DNA from: Nannocystales bacterium
Lineage (GTDB): Bacteria > Myxococcota_A > Polyangia > Nannocystales > Nannocystaceae
Direction: 5' to 3'
DNA: 64,000 bases
NCBI GenBank assembly: GCA_050633305.1
Contig: JBOEGF010000010.1
Location: forward strand, 544,001 to 608,000
Shown: piece after piece, positions 28,167 through 37,543 of the stretch
How the letters are laid out: every line of letters begins with the position of its first letter
Numbering within the stretch: position 1 is the stretch's first letter
Translations under genes and position numbers: made by a program
Notes under the pieces: generated by a model
Database searches by the model: none
Told to the model about the DNA's origin: nothing
The model's input: the letters and a program-made list of their open reading frames with translations, nothing else

Positions 28167-29252
28167 TCAGTCTCCTTCAGGGTTGCAGCGTAGCCGGGCC
28201 CGCTCGCCCAGGACGAGGCTGGTATAGCGGCTCTTCGGGAACTCGCGCAGGTATGCACGCCAGTGGGCACACGCAGCCTCGGTCCCGCGGCTGCGCTCGA
28301 TGAGTTCGCCAAGCTCGAACGACAGCACTGCGCGATCGCGTCGGCGTAGTGATGGCAGGGCACGGGTGATGACACGAGTAGCCTCGGAGAACTCGCCCGC
28401 GCCTCGCAGGGCCTCGACGCGCCTCACGACACTATCGACGTCTGGCTTATGGCCGCGACGCTTGGCGGGCTGCGGCGAGGACGCCGCCTCCGGCGACGAA
28501 CTCGTACCGGTATCAGAGGCGGTCTCGAGTCGAAAACCGCTGGCCTCCCGCACCCAATGAAGCGTCTCGCCAGCGACAACTTGGCGCTGGTGGTCGCTTG
28601 CCGTGACAACCAGCTGGACATGCCCTTCGTGCATTTCGAGGGTCCCGCGATCGATATCCTGTGCGAGCGAAAAACGTGTGCCGGTCACCTGGATGGCAAC
28701 CGCTGGCGTCTGCACGACGAACGGTCGCTCACCTGCGACACGGGGGGCGACGTTGAAATCCGCCGCGCCCGCGGCCAACTCGACGCGGGCCCCGTTCCCG
28801 CGCAGCGTCGCGGCATCGACCACCTGGACCTGCACGCCGCCCCCTGACAGGACGCAAGGCCCGGCCACGGTCACGAGTTCCGTAGTGTTGATCGTCGTAG
28901 CGTCGCAGCCCGTTCCGCGAGCGGCGAGGGCAGAGGTCTCGACTGGCGGGCGAGCCGCCGTAGTAGGCTCTTTCTTCCGAGGGGGTGCGATGGCTACGGG
29001 CTCAGCCTCCATCGGGCCCGTAGCCGCCCGCGTCGCCACCGGGGCCTGCGGAGATTGCAGCGCAACCACGCCTACGACCGCGACCAGGGCTCCTGCCACG
29101 AACGCGACCTTGGGCCCGATATGGCGCCGGGTGGGTGTCGCAGAAGCTTCTGCGCGCTCCCGCAACCGACGACGCATCCGCAAGAAGCGAGCGTGGGGGA
29201 CCGCGTCCTTCATCGCGCGGGCCTCTTCACTCGGGAACGGGTTTTCAACCAT
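28167..29252 (-). CDS. FecR-domain anti-sigma factor with C-terminal TPR-like helix
   Basis: Single TM helix; VELAAGAADFNV, PFVVQTP...VTGTRF and EGHV FecR motifs; W..YL..FP tail; overlaps the ECF gene. Confidence 0.82.
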   Translation of the reverse strand: MVENPFPSEEARAMKDAVPHARFLRMRRRLRERAEASATPTRRHIGPKVAFVAGALVAVVGVVALQSPQAPVATRAATGPMEAEPVAIAPPRKKEPTTAARPPVETSALAARGTGCDATTINTTELVTVAGPCVLSGGGVQVQVVDAATLRGNGARVELAAGAADFNVAPRVAGERPFVVQTPAVAIQVTGTRFSLAQDIDRGTLEMHEGHVQLVVTASDHQRQVVAGETLHWVREASGFRLETASDTGTSSSPEAASSPQPAKRRGHKPDVDSVVRRVEALRGAGEFSEATRVITRALPSLRRRDRAVLSFELGELIERSRGTEAACAHWRAYLREFPKSRYTSLVLGERARLRCNPEGD

Positions 29253-29826
29253 TGTCGTCCTCCAGTTGGGCAAGCGCACGGACTCGCTCCTGTGCACGCC
29301 GCAGGAGCTTGGACACGTAGCCCTCAGAGTAACCTAGGGTTTTGGCGATCGCCGTCTGCGACTGGTCTTCGAAGTAGCGCAGGGCGAACACGGCCCGCTG
29401 TTTGGAGGGGAGCTGTTTCGCTGCCGCCCAAACCCTTCGTAGCTTGTCGCTCACGTCGAGCTCGAGCTCCGGCTGTGGCTCCGCGGGTTGCTCGCGCAAG
29501 AGCCACCGTACCCATGGCGAATGCCGGACCCGGTGGCGGCGCTGTTGAGAGATACAGCGATTGATCGTCACACGGCGCAGCCATGGCCAAGGATCACATC
29601 CTTCGGATAGCTCGCCGATGCGAGCCAGCAGCGTGAAGAAAGCGTCTTGAGTGACATCCTCCGCCCAGGCGTGGTCGCCCCCGCCGAAGTTCAGTGCGAG
29701 CGCATACACACGCCGGTGGTGCTCAACGTACAACGCGTCGACCCGCTCTGTGAGCGTGGCCTCGCGCGCCTGCGCGTCGTGTTGGAGCTGGTGGGTACCC
29801 ACGATCATTGGCGCCTCCCGATCCAC
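29245..29826 (-). CDS. ECF RNA polymerase sigma factor
   Basis: LYVEHHRRVY, WAEDVTQDAF, WLRRVTINRC and LPSKQRAVFALRYFEDQSQTAIAKTLGYSEGYV. Confidence 0.92.
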   Translation of the reverse strand: MDREAPMIVGTHQLQHDAQAREATLTERVDALYVEHHRRVYALALNFGGGDHAWAEDVTQDAFFTLLARIGELSEGCDPWPWLRRVTINRCISQQRRHRVRHSPWVRWLLREQPAEPQPELELDVSDKLRRVWAAAKQLPSKQRAVFALRYFEDQSQTAIAKTLGYSEGYVSKLLRRAQERVRALAQLEDDNG

Positions 29827-31082
29827 CGAACACCCGCATAAACGACGGTTGTGGACGTCCCACGTTCACCGGCGGAGACGCCATCGACTTCGTGCAGCCA
29901 GCCGCGGCCCACGAAGTGCTGACGCACGCCGAGTTCGAGGCCCAGACCGGCGCCGATGCGAACGGAGCTTGCGAGCGCAGCCGCGGCGAGCCATGTCGTA
30001 TCGCCGAGACGGGTACGCCCACGTTCAAACTTGTAGGTGTGCATTCGAGCTCCGCCAGCGCCTGCGAACCGCAGCGACCAGCGTCCGCTGAGCGGAAGTT
30101 TGTAGCCGAGACTCACAGCAGCATCTGTGTCGACAGCAACGACGCCACGTCGTAGACGGGCTGGTATCACCGCCACGTCGGCTGCTGCGAAGATTCCGGG
30201 AGCGAACTCGACGCCGACGCTGACGAGCGCGACCGGATCGACACGGCCGCGACGAAACGACGGCCCTCCAGCAGCGAGCGCGTGCAGCATCGCCGGGGGC
30301 GGACGCTCGGGTCTCGGGGGCTCGGATTCCGGAACCTCGGGCTGCGGCGCGACGATGGCGGGTCTGTCGTCGGGGGGCGTGGGTTGGGGCGGCGAGGGTT
30401 CCACGGGGACGGCGGGCTCGTTCGGTTCGCGGGTCAACGCGAGCGCGGCCCCGACTGCTTGGTCCGTCGACTCGTCCGTGATTGGTTGCCCACCCGCGAC
30501 TGGGATCCGCACCTCGTCGCCACAATCTGGGCCATACCCGACGATCAGTGTCTCGGCATCGCGCCGTAGACAGACCTGCATCGGCCCGTGGTCATGAGCG
30601 GCGGTCAATGAACGTCCGCTCCGCGCTAGCCCCGCGACCCATCGCCGAGCCCACTTCGTGTCGCGGTGGCCCTGGGTTCGCACGCCGATCGCGGCCTCCC
30701 TGCATGCGGGTCCGTGCACGACCGAGGGCGCGGCGGTGCGTATGCCGGACTCGACACGGTGCACGGCCTCGAGGGCCGCGATTGCTCCGCTTCCACGGAC
30801 GGTGTGCCCGTTCACGGTGCTCCCATCGGTGATCTCCAGGTTTATCTCGTGCGGGCCCACGGTGATGTCGACCACAACGTCCGCGGCGCCAGTGGTCAGA
30901 CAACCGCCCAACTCGAGAACACGCACGGCTGTCGCACCGCGCAACAGCTCGATACGCTCGCGGGGCCGGTCACCGTGGATGTCCAGACGGACTGCGGGAC
31001 CCGCGACTTCCGGGCGCGGTGGAGCCGCCGCACCTGAGGATGGTGCGGCGGGTCCAAGGGATGCGACAATGCTCGCGATCAT
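29805..31082 (-). CDS. Hypothetical exported protein with C-terminal outer-membrane beta-barrel-like region
   Basis: Pro-rich linker followed by alternating hydrophobic strands; first gene of the operon with the ECF/FecR pair; start uncertain. Confidence 0.6.
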   Translation of the reverse strand: MIASIVASLGPAAPSSGAAAPPRPEVAGPAVRLDIHGDRPRERIELLRGATAVRVLELGGCLTTGAADVVVDITVGPHEINLEITDGSTVNGHTVRGSGAIAALEAVHRVESGIRTAAPSVVHGPACREAAIGVRTQGHRDTKWARRWVAGLARSGRSLTAAHDHGPMQVCLRRDAETLIVGYGPDCGDEVRIPVAGGQPITDESTDQAVGAALALTREPNEPAVPVEPSPPQPTPPDDRPAIVAPQPEVPESEPPRPERPPPAMLHALAAGGPSFRRGRVDPVALVSVGVEFAPGIFAAADVAVIPARLRRGVVAVDTDAAVSLGYKLPLSGRWSLRFAGAGGARMHTYKFERGRTRLGDTTWLAAAALASSVRIGAGLGLELGVRQHFVGRGWLHEVDGVSAGERGTSTTVVYAGVRWIGRRQ

Positions 31083-31193
31083 GGGTGCCAACGTGGCCAA
31101 GTGGACGGACTGCTCCTCACTACGCGCGACGACTGTGGATCTTGCCTCTTCGTCGCGAGGAAAGTTCGCGCGCGCTGTCGCGTAGTGTCCCCC

Positions 31194-31757
31194 ATGATGG
31201 TTCGCTGGGACGGATTGGCGGCCTGTGTGCTGTGCGCGTGTAGCGGGTCCCCTTCCGTCTATCGCAGCAGCGACGACGCCGGCGGCAGTGAAATGTCGTC
31301 GACCGGACGGGGCAGCCATAGTACCGGAGGCGATGGAACGTCGTCGACTGACGGGGGCAGCGGCGACGTCGGGGACAGTGAAACGTCGTCGACCGCCGTG
31401 CTGCGACCCCGCGAGCTCGTTCGTCGGATCGACGGCCGCATGCCCGAGCTCGTGACCGGCGGGTGTGTTGGGATCGGCGAGGGCGACGGCGGAGGAGTCT
31501 ACGTGGGCTCGGAGTTCGTCGTCGCCGAGGACCGTGTTGTCTTCCGCTACTTTATCGCTTCGCCCGATGCGTCAGCCGATCTGGTCACGCCCGACAACGG
31601 CGAACTGGTGGCCGAGATCGACATGAGCACCGAGTCCTTGTGGGCGGGCGACGTCGGCTACGCCAGTTTCATGGACCACGACGACGCGCACTTTGAAGCG
31701 TTCGTTTGGGCCGATGACTGCGCCGAGGTGTTCGTGGAGCCCCCCGACGCACCCTGA
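31194..31757 (+). CDS. Hypothetical lipoprotein
   Basis: AACVLCAC lipobox; S/T/G linker; acidic globular C-terminus. Confidence 0.65.
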   Translation: MMVRWDGLAACVLCACSGSPSVYRSSDDAGGSEMSSTGRGSHSTGGDGTSSTDGGSGDVGDSETSSTAVLRPRELVRRIDGRMPELVTGGCVGIGEGDGGGVYVGSEFVVAEDRVVFRYFIASPDASADLVTPDNGELVAEIDMSTESLWAGDVGYASFMDHDDAHFEAFVWADDCAEVFVEPPDAP

Positions 31758-31806
31758 AGAGGGCCCGCGAGGAAAGAACCGCTCGCCTCCCGCGTAGAGG
31801 GCTGCG

Positions 31807-34728
31807 ATGTTGACTTGGTCAGTTCAGCGGTTTCTCTGCTTCTCCTGTTCGGCCCGCCGAGCGCACGAAACCAAAGCGGGCGAAGGAAACGGACGCAACG
31901 CATTCGTCGCGGCTTCGTTGTTCGCCGCGGCACTGCTGTCGCTCAGTGGCTGCTACGCAGATCCGGACCCGACGGACGACGGGCTTCTCGGAGAACGGTC
32001 CCGGGGGCACCTGGGCTTGGTTGCCTTCGGCGGAGGCCCGATGCATTCCGTCCTAGCAGACGAGCCGTGGGAGCTGGGGGCGAGTCCGACAGTGGGTTTC
32101 CCGGTGATACTCGGCGACATCGACGGTGATGGCTTCGCAGACCTTGCTGCCATCGATTCGCACGAGGACGGCATGGGCGCGGCGAGCAGCAGGGCAACGC
32201 TGAGCGTGCACCTCGGCGCACCCGGTGGTCCCACGACCGAATCCGTACAGCAGATCGAGTACGAGCCGAACTCCAGCTCACCCAGGTTGTTCGCTGCCGG
32301 TGATGTGGATGGCGACGGACTGGCTGACGCCCTCGTGTACGCCGGAGCTCCCGTCTCGCTGCGACTGCACCGCGGGTCCGCTGTGGGGCTCGAGACCACC
32401 GAGGTCTGGAGCAGGCCGCGGGATGGCGCATCTCGCTTGCCGGCGACAGGAGACCTCGATGGAGACGGCGACGTCGACATCGCCGTAGTCGGGTCGTCGG
32501 GTGGGCCTTCGTCCTTGGAGGTCTTCATACAAGACGGCGGGACGCTTCCCGACACCGCCGATATCGTCGTTGAAGCGAGCAATGAGCAGTGGGGTGTTCC
32601 TTTCACGGCGCCCGACATCGAGGGTGACGGCAGTGCAGAGCTTTTCGTCCTCGCGAGGGGGGCAGGTGGAGCGAGCTGGGTGAATCTCGTGCGGTGGAGC
32701 GGGATGCCGAGCGCTGGGCCGGCGGCGCCGGACCAGGTGATCTCCTTGGACGAACTTGCGGGGGAGCCACTGCCACGCCTCGCCGAGATCGTCGGGCTCT
32801 TGGACCACCAGGTGGCCATCGCTGCCGACTTCGACGGGGATGGACGCGGCGATGTCGCTGTTCCTCTATGGAGGGAGGAGGCTCCAGCAGAGATGCTGGT
32901 CTTATACGGTGGTGCAGACGGACTGTCCGGCGGTCGGAGCTGGCGCTTCGTCAGTCCCACCGGTCCAACGGGAAACGCCTACTCCTATTTCGGACGGAGT
33001 TCTGCCGCGGGCGACCTCAACGGCGACGGGATCGCAGACCTCGCGGTGAGCACTGCCCCGCTTCTCTCGCCCGTGGGGTTGGAGCGGACATTCATCTTCG
33101 TCTTTCCCGGGTCGCCCGATGGCCTGGCGTCGTCGCCGAGCGACGTCATTCCGGGGGGGTGGGTGAACTCGGAGCTCGTGCACATGGGCCTGGGCGGGCT
33201 CAACGACACCAACGGCGACGGGTTCGCGGATGTGCCCGGCCGGCGCCGTGAGAGGATCGGCACCGACTGGGTCACGGTCGGGTTCGACGTCTATCCCGGC
33301 CAGGCTGAGGTCGACGCCTGTACCGCCGACTCGGACCACGACGCGGTCTGCGATGACGAAGACGACTGCCCCGAGACGTTCAACCCAACCCAGGCCGACT
33401 TCGACGGAGACGGTGTTGGCGACGCGTGCGATCCCAACCCCGGCGGCCCCAATCCCGAGACCGGGGGGGAGACCTCTACCGGAGCCTTGGACGGGACAAC
33501 GGGCGAGGACGGGGTAGGAACGACGACGGGCGTAGAGAACACTGAGGGGTCCACCACGTCCGCCGCCGACGTCGAGACCGATCTGGGGGGCACCGATACG
33601 GGTGGGTTCGCCGGTGGGGCAGCGGACTCGGGGTGCGGTTGTTCCGCTGGGAACGACGGCGGTGCGTCGTTCTTCGCACTCATGCTGCTGGTACTCGTGC
33701 GGGCACGGAGACGCTCGCGAACTCTGCTCGGGGTGCTCGGGGCGGTGCTCACGCTCACTTCTGGTTGTGGAGACAGTCGCCGGCCTCCACAGATGGCACC
33801 GGTGGCGGCACCGCTCGACGACGAGGGCGACGAAGACACGAGCGACGACGAATTCAACGACACGGGGGGCTTGAGACTGGACCTTGCCGGAGGCACGATC
33901 GATCCCACGGACCCCACGGCAGCCGGCGACGGTGTGCGGGGCTGCAGCCGGGTCGACTTCCTGTTCGTGATCGACAACTCTGGATCGATGCGGGACTTTC
34001 AGGAGAACCTGATCGCAAGCTTTCCTGACTTCATCCAGGCTATTGAGGAACAGGTCGAGATCACCAACTATCACATCATGGTCACCGACCTGGACGGGTG
34101 GGGCTACGACTATTGTGAAAGTGGTTGTGAGTCGCTCGGATACTGTGAAGGCGCTCCCGAGTACGGCTGTGGGGTCACGATCCCGGCCTCACCATGCGAG
34201 GCCGTCGTCGGTGCCGGCGTGATAGAGCCGGTCGGCCGCGACACGACCGGCCTGCCGTGCCCGATCTTCACCAGCGACCGCCGGTACCTGGATCACACCC
34301 AACCCGACCTCGAAGATGCGTTCGCCTGTGTTGCCCAGGTGGGAACCGCAGGCCCTGGGACCGAAGAATCCCTGGACCGCATGATCGATGCGCTCGGCGA
34401 CGAGGGGACCTCCGCCGGAGAGTGTAACGCCGGGTTTCTCCGTGATGATGCCATCCTCGTCGTCACGCTCATTACCGACGAAGACAACGCGGAGGGAGTC
34501 AACGGCGCAACCGCCATCGAGGCTGTCGTCGATGCCAAGGGTGGGGACCAAGAGGCGATCGTCGCCCTCGGTGTGATCTCCCAAAGTGTCTCACTCGAGC
34601 AGTTCGTGAACCACTTTGGTGACAACGCGTTGCTCGGAGACATCCGCGCGGAGTCGTACGCCCCGTTCTTCGAAGAGGCCGTGAGCATCATCGACCGGGT
34701 GTGCGACGACTTCATCCCCGAGGGGTAG
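31807..34728 (+). CDS. FG-GAP repeat lipoprotein + thrombospondin type-3 repeat + internal MYXO-CTERM + second lipobox + vWA-like domain
   Basis: LSLSGC; several GD.DGDG..D repeats; DDCP...NPTQADFDGDGVGDACD; GCGCSAG..FFALMLLVLVRARRR; VLTLTSGC; VDFLFVIDNSGSM and FLRDDAILVVTLITDED. Confidence 0.88.
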   Translation: MLTWSVQRFLCFSCSARRAHETKAGEGNGRNAFVAASLFAAALLSLSGCYADPDPTDDGLLGERSRGHLGLVAFGGGPMHSVLADEPWELGASPTVGFPVILGDIDGDGFADLAAIDSHEDGMGAASSRATLSVHLGAPGGPTTESVQQIEYEPNSSSPRLFAAGDVDGDGLADALVYAGAPVSLRLHRGSAVGLETTEVWSRPRDGASRLPATGDLDGDGDVDIAVVGSSGGPSSLEVFIQDGGTLPDTADIVVEASNEQWGVPFTAPDIEGDGSAELFVLARGAGGASWVNLVRWSGMPSAGPAAPDQVISLDELAGEPLPRLAEIVGLLDHQVAIAADFDGDGRGDVAVPLWREEAPAEMLVLYGGADGLSGGRSWRFVSPTGPTGNAYSYFGRSSAAGDLNGDGIADLAVSTAPLLSPVGLERTFIFVFPGSPDGLASSPSDVIPGGWVNSELVHMGLGGLNDTNGDGFADVPGRRRERIGTDWVTVGFDVYPGQAEVDACTADSDHDAVCDDEDDCPETFNPTQADFDGDGVGDACDPNPGGPNPETGGETSTGALDGTTGEDGVGTTTGVENTEGSTTSAADVETDLGGTDTGGFAGGAADSGCGCSAGNDGGASFFALMLLVLVRARRRSRTLLGVLGAVLTLTSGCGDSRRPPQMAPVAAPLDDEGDEDTSDDEFNDTGGLRLDLAGGTIDPTDPTAAGDGVRGCSRVDFLFVIDNSGSMRDFQENLIASFPDFIQAIEEQVEITNYHIMVTDLDGWGYDYCESGCESLGYCEGAPEYGCGVTIPASPCEAVVGAGVIEPVGRDTTGLPCPIFTSDRRYLDHTQPDLEDAFACVAQVGTAGPGTEESLDRMIDALGDEGTSAGECNAGFLRDDAILVVTLITDEDNAEGVNGATAIEAVVDAKGGDQEAIVALGVISQSVSLEQFVNHFGDNALLGDIRAESYAPFFEEAVSIIDRVCDDFIPEG

Positions 34729-35059
34729 GCCGGAGAGCCGCGGCCATTCCCGGCCGTGTCTCGGGTCCTCTGGAAGTTGCGTGACTCGTTCTCACGCCCT
34801 GGTCTCGGCGTGGTGTACCCGCGGGGAAGCAGTCTCTGGTGGGGCCAACTCTCGACGCTGCTATCCTTCCGGTCCTGGCCCGCAGGAAGCAGCGCCCCTT
34901 CTGTGGGTCCTTGGAGGTCGAGCGTGGCGGCGACGAGGTGCTTGGACGCCGAATGCCGCGGCTGCCGCGTGCGACTGACATCGAAGGCCTTGCGTACGAG
35001 GCGATTGAGTCGGGCATCGAAAAGGGGAGAGGTTCTCTGCGAGGGCGCAAGCGCTCGCG

Positions 35060-35359
35060 ATGGCCTCTGGGGGCGCAGTGGGCCTGCTTGCGTTGTGGGG
35101 CCTGCGGCTCGGAGCGCCGGAGCGGCTTGATGCTCTCGTCGCGGAACTCGGCTGGCTGCATCTGGGCATCCTCGCGGTCTCGGCGATGACGGCGTATGGC
35201 ATCTTGCAGTTGTTGTTCGACCGGGCCCCGCCTCCATCCTCCGGGCCTGGCCAGTTTGGGAGTTTCGTGGAGAACCACAGTGAAGAAGGCCGCTGGAAGC
35301 GGCGCCTGATCGCTGTCGCGGTCGGGATCGTGCACACGTGGGTCTTCCTCGCGGGCTGA
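35060..35359 (+). CDS. Small hypothetical membrane protein
   Basis: ATG start; three hydrophobic segments in 99 aa; sits in an otherwise empty gap. Confidence 0.45.
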   Translation: MASGGAVGLLALWGLRLGAPERLDALVAELGWLHLGILAVSAMTAYGILQLLFDRAPPPSSGPGQFGSFVENHSEEGRWKRRLIAVAVGIVHTWVFLAG

Positions 35360-35587
35360 GGGGGTTCGGCTGCGGTGCTCACGGGCGGTGGACCAAGAAC
35401 GACAAGCCGTCGTACGGGGAGAGCGAGAGTTCCTTGTCGCGTCCGGCGTACGTCCGCGTGACCATGGGCTGGAGGAGGCGCCCAGGTGTGCGGACGCGTG
35501 CGTTGCCGGGTGCGCGGCTGCGCCCGCGGTGAGTCGCCACCTGATTCGACTGATGGGTTCCCGGGGGGGGGAGTTATCGGAATGCTC

Positions 35588-37252
35588 TCAGCGGGTCATC
35601 CGGATCTGCGCCCGTGCGACATCGAGGGAGACCGTCGCCAAGTTGAGCTCGACGCGTTCGAGCTCCTCGGCGACGAGCAGCGGGGCTCGCACCATGACCG
35701 CCGACCCTCCGTGAAGTGGGACGACATCGACCGCGGTTTCGGTCGCGTCACCGCGCTCGTCCACGTACCGCAACGATGTGAAATCATCGAGTGCGGAGGG
35801 GTCGACCCACCCGCGATCCGTCCACCAGTGTGAGACGCCGGTCTCGGTGTCGACGAGGCCGACGAGAACATTGGAACCATCGAGCGCGTCGGTCATGTCG
35901 GCGGCATCCCAACTCGACAGGATCGAGATGCGCTCGAACGTCGCGTTCCACTGCCAGTCGGAAACCCACTCCGCGTCGCAGTACGTCATATAGTCGTAGT
36001 GCTCGGCGGCTGCGCGAACCTGGTGGTCCCGCACGCCCCAGCCCCACCCTCCGATGAGGCCGTCGGCGTAAGGGTAGGACGGGTCGACGTCCTGGTTGAA
36101 GCTCGGACATCCGACATGGGATCGCCCCTGGTTGTGTCCGATCTCGTGGACAACCGAGTCCGCCTGTTTGAACGAGGTCGACACCACGGCGACCCGCGTC
36201 GCGCCATCGCCCATCGTCGGGCCTGCCCACGCACCAATTCCACCGAGACAGGTCGCGCCGTCACAGGCCCCGCAGTTGTCGAAGAGCGTGGTGTAGTAGA
36301 CGTTCGGGTCCGCTTGGTCCGTTGCTCGCAACACGCCGGTACGGCCGAGTAGCTCGACGAATCCGTCGTACGTGGACAGGTCGATGTCGTCGACGACGAT
36401 CGGAGCATGTGCGGTGACCTCGATGGTCTCGAGGCCGTGAAGTTGAAACAGTGCATCTTCGTACACTGCGAGTCCGTCCCCCGACACGTCGACGCTGGTC
36501 GTGCACTCCGATGACGTGTAGTCGACGGGAACCAAGACCACCCGCATGTTCTGCGGTTGTGCTTCCACGCCCAGGGGGAGTTCTCCCTCGGCCGCGCCGG
36601 GGGGCGTGTCGACGGGGGGCAGCGTCTCGAAGTCACCGCCTGCCTCGAACAACTCCACGGTGCAGCTCGCCCCCGCGTTCATCAGGTCGGCAGAGAGGAC
36701 CACCAGAAAGCCTGAGTCGGGCTCATCGACGAGCGAGTCGCTGGAGACCACCGCCTCTTGCACGACGAGGTCCTGGGTCCCGTCCTCCTGCGTGACCGTG
36801 ACGCGGGCCTCGAGGGCGCGCTCCACCCAAACGTCTTCATCGACGTCCAGGAACACACGTAGGGCGGTTTCACGGTTGCGGGGCAGTCGAGCACTGCGTT
36901 CGGTGGGCGGGATTGCAACCGAGTCCACGGCAATCGGAATCGCGACTCCCGGGTTTAGATGCACCGCAGAGATCGACACGCCGCGTGCAGGCTCGAGTTC
37001 CGTCGTGTCTCCGGTCTCTTCGCCGGACCCGCTGCTGCCCGCTGTACTCGAGCTCGATGTCGTCGGTTCATCGACGCCGCCAGTGGACATGGGGACGCTT
37101 TGTCCCGTGTCCGCCGTCACGTCTGTTGTCCCCGTCGTCGGTCCCGTGTCGTCGGCGACCGAGGGACCGTCTCCATCGGCACATGCGCCGCCGGTGAGCA
37201 TGGCGATCGCAGCGACCGCGAGAGGGCTACGGAGTCGTCTAACTTGGGGCAT
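35588..37252 (-). CDS. Zinc metallopeptidase lipoprotein (metzincin-like, M64/M66-type)
   Basis: MLTGGAC lipobox; HEIGHNQGRSH zinc motif; DPSYPY..G.IG.WG and DYMTYC Met-turn. Confidence 0.85.
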   Translation of the reverse strand: MPQVRRLRSPLAVAAIAMLTGGACADGDGPSVADDTGPTTGTTDVTADTGQSVPMSTGGVDEPTTSSSSTAGSSGSGEETGDTTELEPARGVSISAVHLNPGVAIPIAVDSVAIPPTERSARLPRNRETALRVFLDVDEDVWVERALEARVTVTQEDGTQDLVVQEAVVSSDSLVDEPDSGFLVVLSADLMNAGASCTVELFEAGGDFETLPPVDTPPGAAEGELPLGVEAQPQNMRVVLVPVDYTSSECTTSVDVSGDGLAVYEDALFQLHGLETIEVTAHAPIVVDDIDLSTYDGFVELLGRTGVLRATDQADPNVYYTTLFDNCGACDGATCLGGIGAWAGPTMGDGATRVAVVSTSFKQADSVVHEIGHNQGRSHVGCPSFNQDVDPSYPYADGLIGGWGWGVRDHQVRAAAEHYDYMTYCDAEWVSDWQWNATFERISILSSWDAADMTDALDGSNVLVGLVDTETGVSHWWTDRGWVDPSALDDFTSLRYVDERGDATETAVDVVPLHGGSAVMVRAPLLVAEELERVELNLATVSLDVARAQIRMTR

Positions 37253-37543
37253 ATGGACCACTGTGGTGGTGCGACGCCGCCAATCGATTCCCATGCACGC
37301 GAGAAAGTTTCTTGTCGCGCCAGTCGAGAAACGGATCACTGCTGATGGGTGGGTGGGCTGCGCCCCGCACTCCTGTCCAGCTCCTGTGGCCGGCTCACCG
37401 TCAGTCTCGGGTCTGTAGACCTCGCGCCAGTCGTTTCGCGCCCCCAGCTTGGCTGCGGTCGCGCGAATCAAGACCTGCCAACGTCCGGAAAACCACCAGA
37501 ATTACAATATGACACTGGGTGCCATTATTGGTACGGTCGAGCC

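Noticed and set aside
34729..35059. Short ORFs after the vWA gene (e.g. 34839-35189) and in 27700-28160
   Set aside because: No motifs, conflicting overlapping frames and no clear RBS; cannot be supported as genes or pseudogenes.
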